NCBI GenBank assembly: GCA_038279365.1
Contig: JAYODI010000060.1
Coordinates: 1 to 37,331, forward strand
Origin: Candidatus Latescibacterota bacterium
GTDB taxonomy: Bacteria; Latescibacterota; UBA2968
Direction of reading: 5' to 3'
DNA length: 37,331 nt
A model generated the notes under the pieces. It worked only from the letters and a program-made list of their open reading frames with translations, had not been told where the DNA came from and did not search any database. Positions 16,977-26,800 of the stretch are shown here, piece by piece. Position 1 is the first letter of the stretch. Each line of letters starts with the position of its first letter. Made by a program: the position numbers and the translations under genes.

Positions 16977-18685
16977 GGTTTCCCGCGCATCTTTTTCCGC
17001 AACGCATTTGTGGCCCCTTCATCTATGGCCCACAATGAAGTATCAATGACCACACCATACAAAGCCCTTGCCGCATCAATAGATACGCGTTCTTGCATCA
17101 CGTCATTCAATACGGCGTTCGGATCTCGTTCCAAAGCATCGTAATATCCCCCTCCACCGGGCAATCGCAACGTAACTTTTTGTCCAGGTTGCAAATCATA
17201 TCGCCCTTTGGGAGACAATTTTGTGCCATCCGACAAAAACAATTCACCCGCTTTACCCTTTTGCCCCCCAAGAAAACCACGAGCCGCAAATTGGGTGCGG
17301 TCATACATACAAGAATGCAATGCGGGTGTATTTGAATCAACCGACAAGATCATTTCCTGACTGAGCCCCCCACGAAACTTACCAGCCCCACCAGAGTCGG
17401 GAATCAATGCCCGACGGTGCATAATAACAGGCGACACCGATTCAATAGCTTCTGCTGGCACCCCTCGAATTCCACTGGGAAAAGCCACCGATGAAATGCC
17501 ATCGTCATTGGGGCGTGCGCCCATCCCCCCTGCTGAAAAAAAGATATAAGCAAACAGATTTCCGTTGCGATCTTTGCCTTCAATTTGAGTATTCCACAAC
17601 CCCGCAGAACCATCAGCTATCACACGTTCAGGAATTGCTTGAGACAATGCACCAAATAATGGCTGAGCCAAAAAGTGCCCAATCAGGTGTCGTGCCCCAA
17701 CCGCACAAGGAAATTGTGCATTTAAAATACATCCTTTTGGAGCTGTTACCGTAATGGGTCTAAAACTGCCCTCATTGTTTGGAATATGCGGGCTAATGGC
17801 ACATTTGATTGGATAAGTTGTGTAAGCATGGGTATAGTTATATACCACATTGATACCCCGATCCACCTGAGGCGATGTCCCTGTATAGTCTACAACCAGA
17901 TCTTGGTCATTTACGGTCACTTTTGCACAAATACGCAAGGGTTTGTCATAACCATCAATCTCAACTTCATCTTCATAAACACCGTTGGGAATGTCAGCAA
18001 TTGCCACGCGTGTGGCTGTTTCAGACCGATCTAAGATGCGTTTTGACAACCCTTCAATATCATCCAGTCCATAGGCTTCCAGTGCTTGAATCAGTTTGGT
18101 TGCCCCCACATCGTTACCCGCTTGTTGGGCATAAAGATCGCCCACAACCTCATCGGGGGTACGCACATTTGCCCGTACAATATCAATCAAATCTCGATTG
18201 ATATCTCCCTCTCTAAAAAGCCGCATAATGGGAATGTGCAGACCTTCTTCAAAAACCTCACGAGCCCCCGCACCCAACGTGCGTCCACCAATATCCATCG
18301 CATGGCACGTATTGGCAAACCATCCCACTCCTTTGCCTTTATAAAAAACGGGTGTCACAACCGTAATGTCGTGCAAATGCCCAGAAGCCAACCAAGGATC
18401 ATTCGTCAACAAACTGTCACCAGGTTTCAAGGTATCTATTGGGTGCAAAGTGACAAAATGCCGAACACAATTGGCCATCGTATTAATGTGCCCTGGGGTT
18501 CCCGTAACGGCCTGCGCCACCATGTTCCCCATCCGATCAAATACCCCCGCCGATAAGTCACCCGCTTCTCTTACTACGGTTGTAAAAGATGCATGCATCA
18601 ACACTGCGGCTTGCTCATTCACAATAGAAATTAAGCGATTCCACAAAACCTCTAAAGTCACGGCATCGAGTTCTTTTACACCCAT
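16973..18685 (-). CDS. Hydantoinase B/oxoprolinase family protein
   Basis: LEVLWNRLISIV, REAGDLS, NDPW..GHLHD, HAMDIGG, EEGL, PGGGG. ATG 18685 overlaps the upstream gene's stop (TAATG). Confidence 0.92.
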   Translation of the reverse strand: MGVKELDAVTLEVLWNRLISIVNEQAAVLMHASFTTVVREAGDLSAGVFDRMGNMVAQAVTGTPGHINTMANCVRHFVTLHPIDTLKPGDSLLTNDPWLASGHLHDITVVTPVFYKGKGVGWFANTCHAMDIGGRTLGAGAREVFEEGLHIPIMRLFREGDINRDLIDIVRANVRTPDEVVGDLYAQQAGNDVGATKLIQALEAYGLDDIEGLSKRILDRSETATRVAIADIPNGVYEDEVEIDGYDKPLRICAKVTVNDQDLVVDYTGTSPQVDRGINVVYNYTHAYTTYPIKCAISPHIPNNEGSFRPITVTAPKGCILNAQFPCAVGARHLIGHFLAQPLFGALSQAIPERVIADGSAGLWNTQIEGKDRNGNLFAYIFFSAGGMGARPNDDGISSVAFPSGIRGVPAEAIESVSPVIMHRRALIPDSGGAGKFRGGLSQEMILSVDSNTPALHSCMYDRTQFAARGFLGGQKGKAGELFLSDGTKLSPKGRYDLQPGQKVTLRLPGGGGYYDALERDPNAVLNDVMQERVSIDAARALYGVVIDTSLWAIDEGATNALRKKMRGKP

Positions 18686-20766
18686 TACACACCCTCCCGC
18701 GAAAGCACCAAATAACCACCATGTGCCACATCCATTGACCAATCTGGGGGGACCACAGTTGTCGATTCATTTTCTTCCACAATTAATGGCCCACCCAAAG
18801 CAAAACCATCCTGAAGGTTATATCGGTCATACACAGGAACGGATACGGCCCCTTCCTTTGCATCAAAAATAACCCAACGCACCCCTTTTAAGGCCGTGCT
18901 GCCTGGTCTTTCTTCTTTTATTTTTTGCCCTTCACCCAAGACAGGTTTTGGCCCAGAAACTGTCACTCGCCAATGAATCACTTCTACGGGCACCCCTTCA
19001 CAAACCCGCCCATATAACCGAGCATAAGCCTCATCAAATGCCTTTTGGACGCGAACAATGGCCAATGGCCCCAAATGACCATTTGGAATTTCAACGCGAA
19101 TCTCGTGCCCCTGCCCCACATAACGCATATCGGCACTGCGCATCAATCTGACTTCATCTGCTTCAACGTGTGCTTTGGCCAAAACGGCCATCCCCTCTTG
19201 CTCCATTTCATCATAAAGACCATTCACCCTTTTTACATCCAACATCTCAAGACGGGTCACATAGCTTCTTGCATAATCAAAAGCAATGGGTGCCAACATC
19301 AAGCCAAAAGCAGAACCAACCCCTGCCACAGGGGGCACAATCACACGGTTCACCCCCAACCGCTTGGCCACACCACAAGCATGAACAGGCCCTGCCCCGC
19401 CCGTTGCCACCAAAGCATACCCATCCAAGTCTTTGCCACGTTCTGCTGCATGAACACGGGCCGCATTGGCCATATTTTCATTAACCAAATCATGAATACC
19501 CAATGCCATTTCAATTTGTGTCAATTCCAGTTGATTCGCCAATTCGTCTATCGCACCTTCGGTTTGGGCCACATCCAACACCATCTCGCCACCCAAAAAA
19601 TGGCTGGCATTCAAATAGCCCAAGATCAAATCCGCATCGGTTACGGTTGGTGCTTCACCTCCTCGGCCATAACAAACTGGCCCAGGCTGAGACCCTGCAC
19701 TTTCTGGGCCAACAGCAGGCAAGCCCAATGCATTCACATGGGCAATGCTCCCACCACCAGCACCAATCTCTATCATATCCAAAACAGGCACAAGCAGTGG
19801 CAAACCACTGCCTCGTTTGAAACGATACACACGCGCCACTTCAGATTCTGTGGTAATGGGAAAGTATCCAGATTCACTCAATATGGCTTTGGCCGTTGTG
19901 CCCCCCATATCAAACGCCAAAATTTTATCTTCATTTACTTTTTCACCTGCATGTGCCGCAGCAAGTGCGCCACCACATGGCCCAGACTCCACCAACCGCA
20001 CAGGAAACAGACATGCCGTATCAACTGCACATGATCCACCATTAGAAAGCATTACATGCAATGGCGCTCCAATGCCAAATCCTTGTAATTCTTGCTCCAA
20101 CCTGTTCAAATATTTCGCCACCAAAGGCTGCACATAAGCATTGGCAAGAGTGGTTGAAGTGCGCTCATACTCGCGCAACTCAGCAGCCACTTCGTGAGAC
20201 ACAGACAATGAAATATGGGGCAATTTATCTTTTACAATTTGAGCGGCCAAACGCTCATGGGCAGGGTTCACATACGCGTGTAAAAAAACAATCCCAACAG
20301 CTTCTACTTGTAATTTTTTTAATTTTTCACACACGTCCACCACATCTTCTTCCCGCAACGCATCCATCACCTCACCCCGTGCAAAAAGGCGCTCTCGCAC
20401 TTCAAATCGCAATTGCCGAGGCACCAAAGGCAAGGGCAATTTCAAGAATAAGTCATATATATCATATCGACCTTCCCTGCCGATTTCCAGCGCATCTCGA
20501 AATCCTTCTGTGGTAATTAATGCCGTCTTTGCGCCCTTGCGCTCAATTAATGTATTGGTCACCAATGTTGTACCATGAATCACACGCATGACTTCTTTGG
20601 GATTTAGCTTTGCGTCTTGAAAAATTTGACGCACGCCAACCATCACGCCCAAAGAAGGATCTGGGTATTGCGTCAAAACTTTGGCAACAAACAATTCACC
20701 CGAAGTTTGGTTTCTCAGCACAATATCTGTAAACGTTCCGCCAATATCAATGGCCAGTGTATACAT
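18685..20766 (-). CDS. Hydantoinase A/oxoprolinase family protein
   Basis: IDIGGTFTD, HGTTLVTN, REYERTST, ESGP, DMGGTTA, GAGGGS, GPESAG, PTVTDA, DMRYVGQGHE. Confidence 0.93.
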   Translation of the reverse strand: MYTLAIDIGGTFTDIVLRNQTSGELFVAKVLTQYPDPSLGVMVGVRQIFQDAKLNPKEVMRVIHGTTLVTNTLIERKGAKTALITTEGFRDALEIGREGRYDIYDLFLKLPLPLVPRQLRFEVRERLFARGEVMDALREEDVVDVCEKLKKLQVEAVGIVFLHAYVNPAHERLAAQIVKDKLPHISLSVSHEVAAELREYERTSTTLANAYVQPLVAKYLNRLEQELQGFGIGAPLHVMLSNGGSCAVDTACLFPVRLVESGPCGGALAAAHAGEKVNEDKILAFDMGGTTAKAILSESGYFPITTESEVARVYRFKRGSGLPLLVPVLDMIEIGAGGGSIAHVNALGLPAVGPESAGSQPGPVCYGRGGEAPTVTDADLILGYLNASHFLGGEMVLDVAQTEGAIDELANQLELTQIEMALGIHDLVNENMANAARVHAAERGKDLDGYALVATGGAGPVHACGVAKRLGVNRVIVPPVAGVGSAFGLMLAPIAFDYARSYVTRLEMLDVKRVNGLYDEMEQEGMAVLAKAHVEADEVRLMRSADMRYVGQGHEIRVEIPNGHLGPLAIVRVQKAFDEAYARLYGRVCEGVPVEVIHWRVTVSGPKPVLGEGQKIKEERPGSTALKGVRWVIFDAKEGAVSVPVYDRYNLQDGFALGGPLIVEENESTTVVPPDWSMDVAHGGYLVLSREGV

Positions 20767-20822
20767 GAACCATCCCCTTCCCTGCATTCATTTTAGATAT
20801 TCATGATAACATTCAAATTGGC

Positions 20823-20859
20823 AAAAAACAAGCGCCCTGCCCAATAGGCAAGACGCTTG
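20823..20859 (-). terminator. Intrinsic terminator of the giant surface protein gene
   Basis: Minus-strand RNA CAAGCGUCUUGCC-UAUUG-GGCAGGGCGCUUG-UUUUUU (13-bp stem with G-U pairs). Confidence 0.8.
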
Positions 20860-20878
20860 AAATAAAAAATTGTCAACT

Positions 20879-23800
20879 TTAGTTGGAAGTAGGTTTGCTC
20901 AACACGGGTTTGCCAGTTTTTGTACCAAACTTGCCTGCAAAAGTAATAAAGTCTGGAAAACCAACGGAACCATCATTGTCCAAATCAAACGCTTCATCGA
21001 ACCTCGGTTCCCCAGTGCGCGTCCCAAATCTCGCTGCAAAAAGAATAAAATCAGCAAACCCAACCTCACCATCTCCATTAAAATCGGCACTGCGTTCTGC
21101 AGTACCTTCCACCGTCACCGTCGCCCCTTCCGATCCAATATCCAATGGGAATATCACACCTGACTTGGCAAATTCTGCCCGCTCAATTCGAATGGCAGTC
21201 GAACCGGCATTTCCTAACAACGTAAATTGGGCACGCCCCATACTGCCCGAATCGCGTGAAGCTGTGGTGGTACCCAAAAAGACCACACTAAATTTGACAC
21301 CTGTTGCCTCCCTGGTCACGATGGGTGTTGCATTTGCATACAAATCAACCAAAGAAAATTCTGAAAAAGCCACAGCCGTTGTATCATATGCCAAAACAAT
21401 ATTTACCCCAGCGGTTCCCAACGCACCCTCAGTAATTGCCAAATCAACCGTAATTTGTCTGCCCGTCACGGCGAGTTCACGTTTGCGCTGGTCACCTACA
21501 TCCAGGTTCATGTCTAAGGCAATCGGACCTGCAGTTACCCGAGGCGGGGCCAAGCCCGTTCCTCTTAAAGCAACCACCACGACTTGCGATCCATAGATCA
21601 CGCGCACCTGTCCGCTATGTGCCCCACCAGAAGTAGGAGCATATCGGATTTTAAACACTTGCATCTTGCCCACACCCAAACTGTCCACATAGCCCAACGT
21701 ATCTGTTTTGGCAAAATTCGCGCCTTCAACCGTCACGCCATTGAATCGCAGAGCAACATCTCCCGTATTTGAAACTTGGAACGAAAGTGTAGAATCTTTA
21801 CCAACGCCCACAACACCGAATTTTAACGAGTCTATACCGGATGCCACCTGGGCGCGCACGCCTTGTCCCACCAATGCAACATGAAAACTTTGACTTGCCC
21901 CCACAACCTGCAAAGTATCCCTAAATGTGCCATTTGTTGTAGGTGCAAAGCGCACCGTAAAGATACGGGTTCCCCCATTTGCTCTTACAGTGTCTGGTAG
22001 AGATGGGCCATCAACCACCGAAAACGCCTGACCACGTGCCAATTTTATTTGAGTGACAGAAAAGTTTAAAACTTGTGGATTTATAATGAGCGTCTTTAGC
22101 GTGTCCTGAAGTCCCGTTAACACGGTACCAAAGTTGAGTGCCAAAGGTTCCATGCGCACAGGTGGTCTGTCTTTTTGAACTTTCAAATTAACCACACCAT
22201 CGGCGGGTGCATTGGTCGTAATATTCAAATCGACAGCCGTCACGCCCCCTACAACAGGTGCAAATGCCACCGTAATGGTTGCATTTTGATTGGGAAGCAA
22301 TGAGGTGGCAGAAATACTTTCAATCTTAACCTGTGCATGGGGTGAGACAACAGAAAAGGTAAAGGTACTGTCTCGACGATTGGTCACATCAAAGCTCAAT
22401 CGCCGTGTGGAACCAAAGGGAACATTGCCAAAATCCATAATGGAATCACTGCGTGTCACATTGGGCCCAAATGAGATGACAATGCCTGAAGAAATAGCAC
22501 CCGTTTGTGTGCTCTTACCCATCAATGGCACGGTCCAGGTTTGTTTTGCTCCATAAAAGAACAATGTCCCCGTATAATCACCCAAGTCTGCAGGTCTAAA
22601 CCGAATGGCAACCGTATCGGCATCTCCACCACCCAAAATTGTATTCGGCGTGGGCGGTGCAGCCGTAATGGCAAATGCCGTTGTAGGTGTAACCAGTTTT
22701 AAACTGTCCAAAACAAAAGACCCATTTCCCGTGTTTTTCAAAATGACCGACAGCGTTGAATCACGATTGGCAACCACGCTTCCAAAATCGAGAGATGCCC
22801 GATTCAACGATACCACAGATTCAATACCACGTCCTTTTATTGGCACAGAAAAAGCTGTATCTGCAGCAACAACCCGGAGCGTGTCTGTTATATCACCTGC
22901 CGTTTGCGGTGCAAACTTTACCCGAACCAATAAAGAGTCATTTTCTGATAACAACACGGGCAAACTGGGTGGCGTTACCAATCCAAACCCTACTTGACCT
23001 TTCACATTCACAGCCTGGATAACAACCTTTCCTTGCCCTCCATTGCGAATACGCACCACCTGTGTGCTGTCTGTCCCAAGCCGCAAAGAACCATACGAGA
23101 GCGAATCGGTTAACAAACGAACAAACGCACCATTGCGTCCAATAGGTACAGGCGTTACCGTATTGGTGGTGACGTTCAAAACCGTCAACTTTTGGCCATT
23201 GACAATCGGTTTCCATAAGGCCACCAAATCCCAGCTTTGTGCAGGAGGCAAACCATTAAATGAAGAAGGGCTGACCGATAGCCCCGGCGCGGGTGATTGT
23301 GTGGTAAATGTCCACGGCGTGGATGCCGAATTGGTCACTCGAACAATGCGCCGAGCGGTTTGCCCGTCAGACAAATCTGCAAAGTCAAGCTGATTGGGCG
23401 CATAAGAAATCCCATTATCTGTTCGCGTGATTGTCAAGGATGGAATCCCGCGCCCCGTCATCGCCACAGAAAATGTGGTATCCACCATTTGAATACGCAA
23501 AGTATCTGCACCAACCGCCGTTGTATCAGGCTGGAAACGTACCACATATTGCAGTGTTGCATTGACACCGAGGGTATCATTTGGAGCCTGAATCAAAGCA
23601 AACCCCCGATTGCCACCCTGAAGACTTACATTTTGTATGGCAATGGGAACATTTCCAGCATTGCGAACCGTTACGGTATCTAAACGAGATCGACCAACAG
23701 GCAAATCGCCAAAAGGTCGAACAAGACTGGATATCGTCGCCCGAGCAACCGTACCAATACCAGAGATTTTTGCTCTTAAAGTATCCAATCCGGCAACAAC

Positions 23801-26800
23801 TTGTAAGGTATCGCGAATAGTTCCTGCAACTATTGGCGCAAAAACCACAGACATCTGACGTTTAGCCAATGGGACCAATGTATCCGGTAGAACAACCACC
23901 TTGCCCAAGGTATAGGGTACACCCGAGCCAAGCAACCCCAATGCATTTACGATCACCGTATCACCACCTGCATTGGTCAACTCCAAATTCAATGAATCGC
24001 GTTTGCCAATACGCAACAATCCAAATGCCAAACTATCTGGCACAAGCGTCAGTTTTGTTTCTCTTCCAATGCCCGTAAGGGGCAAAACAATGGATGTATC
24101 CAATCCAGAAAACCGAATCGCGTTTGCCAAAGTGCCTCTCGAGCGAGGCGTAAACCGCACCGAAAAGGTTTGTTTGCCACCTTCTTCAGCAATACTCAAC
24201 GGCAATGTGGGTGGGTTGACCAATGCAAAATTGCTGTCTGCTTTTAACGACAACGAGTCCAATATCAAGCGCGAATAACCCGTATTGGTAAGTGTGACAG
24301 TTTTTGTGATCGGATTGCCCAAACCTATTTTTCCAAAACTGAGAACAGAATCAGACAAGACCGGATTAGAGCCACCCGATTTCAAAATAATAGATGTCAC
24401 CCCATCGCCCACTTCATTGGTCGTAATCCGAAACTCACTTTGAGTTTGAAGCGCACGCTTGGGTGTGATGGTCAACACCACATCCCACTCCTGATTTGGA
24501 GGCAAATTTTGTACAGAATCGGGCTTCACCACCACTTGTGAATCTGTGGTAGAAAACCGAAATGTCAAATTGCCACTGCGTCGATTTTGAACGCGCACTT
24601 TTGCCGTATCAGATTTCCCCCAAGCGACTTTTCCAAAATGAATGATATTGCGCGATTTGGTCACACTCCCCCCAAAAGTCACCACAACCACATCTTCCAA
24701 AGGTGGCGGCTGAATGATTGGGCGAGGCAAACCCGTTCCACTTAATGCAACCGCCCAGGTGGTATCTTGACCATAAATGCGTAGGGTATCGCGCTTTGCT
24801 CCTGTTGTGTCGGGCCGAAACCGAACACGCAAAGTATCCAATCGACCAACAGCAAGCGTATCGGGAAATTTTACAGCGCCCACATAGGCAAAACTGGTGT
24901 CCCTTTTCCCCACTTTCAAGCTGTCTATGCGATACGTCACATTGCCCGCATTGCCCACCACCACAGAAAGGGTTGTGTCTCTGCCCAAAGTCACGTTTCC
25001 AAAGCTTAAAACAGCCGAAGATAGCGTTGCTTTTTGTTGCAAGCCTTTTCCTGTTAGAGGAATGACAAAAGAAGTGTCTTTGCCCACAATACGCAGCGTA
25101 TCTCTTACATTTCCTTGTGCCAATGGGTTAAAGCGCACTGTGAGTTGTTGTGTACCACCATTGGGTGCCACCGAAAGTGGTAATGACGGTTTGGCATCCA
25201 CAACAAAAACCGTATCACCACGAGAAAGACGCAAATCTTGTATTTCAAATGGTGTGAGATTGGGGTTCGTAACGGTTATGGGCAACTTTACATTTTGACC
25301 AATAAATGTATCTGCAAACACAAGCGAATCAGGTGAAACATTGACCACCGCACCAAATGCTTTGACCCCAATCCGAATGGCTGAGGTATCGGCATCATTG
25401 GCAGATAAAGTCAGCGTAGAAGCAAATGGGCCAGGTGCAACAGAACGATAGGTAACGGTGACATCCCACGTCCGTCCAGGCCCTAAATTGCCCACAGATC
25501 TTGGGCTTGTGGTAACAAGTGAATCCGACGACTTGATTTGAAATGCCGTTGATGCTGTGCCCAAATTATACACCCGAAATGTTTTTTGCAGGGTTGCTCC
25601 GATGCGCAAGTTGCCAAAATCTACCACGCGCGGGCTTGCATCCAATCCATTGCCACCAATGTAAACCGCCCCCACCGAATCCCGCTCACCCTTATTCCCA
25701 CGAAATACAACACCGGTTACCCGAACCAAAGAAGCCGCATTGGCTTGTCCACTCAATGGCCTTACACCAATCTGCGCCAAAGGTAAATCACCAGGGTTTT
25801 CGATTAAACCTCCAAATCCCATCCCCACCACTTCAGCCCCAGTACTGGTTCTTCGAATAGGCATCATCCCACCGCCTGCCAAATCTTTTGCCCACCGCAC
25901 ATCAAGTACCCGAGTGTCATAACTCAAATTCAGTCGATACCCACCCATGTTGGCCAAGTCGCGCACAGTAACTGTGAGTTCCTCACCTGCACTTTGCACG
26001 CGCACAGCAGATGCCAAATTGGCCCCCGTTATCACACGCACCGTGTCATATGAAGCACGCCCTTCAAAGCCCCCCAAAAGATCGGCAAATAAAAAGGCAT
26101 CGTCGCCATCGACCACACCATCCTTATCCAAGTCATATTTGGTTGAGTCAGGTATTGTACCAAAACGGGTAATCAATTCATCAAAGTCACCATAATCAAC
26201 CAACTTGAGTGTATCGAAATTGGCAACAACCCGAGAACGCGTCCCCACAAAACTGCTTTTTACATCTGCCTTAACATGCACCCGTACAATCGGTCTTTCT
26301 GGGCGATTTGTTTTAACCGACAATATGCCCTGGAAAAGACCTGCCTGAGTCGGCTTAAAGGTTAAAGTTACTTTTTGCGTTCCACCCGTGGCCAACCCCG
26401 TTGTCGTATCTGCCAAAACGCCAAATACATTTGGGTCGGCAGTTAAGGCACTGTTTGAAGACGAAATTTCAAATGCCAAATTGCGTCGAGTGCCCAACAC
26501 CGCTTGATTATTAAAAGTATTTACAATATCAAAACTGCGCGTTCGCGTGTCACCCAATGACACTTCGCCCAAATCAAAATATCTCGGCCTTAATGCAATA
26601 TCTCCAACAGGAATCCGCTTGATATTCGTGGCAGAAATGGTATTTCGATCCCCTAAGAACTGCTGATTTCCCAAATTAACTCGTTTACCACGCAGCGAAA
26701 CCGATGCAACAGACACCCCAGTGGTATCCCCAGTAAAGGTGATTCCGGCGAGCAAACCAGAAGCATTGAGATTGCGATTGCCCATGACCAATCCAACAAT

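Noticed and set aside
19045-20034. Long plus-strand ORFs antisense to real genes (329 aa here; also 10518-11234 and 20883-21596)
   Set aside because: No recognisable motifs; they lie fully opposite well-supported CDSs and are explained by codon bias.
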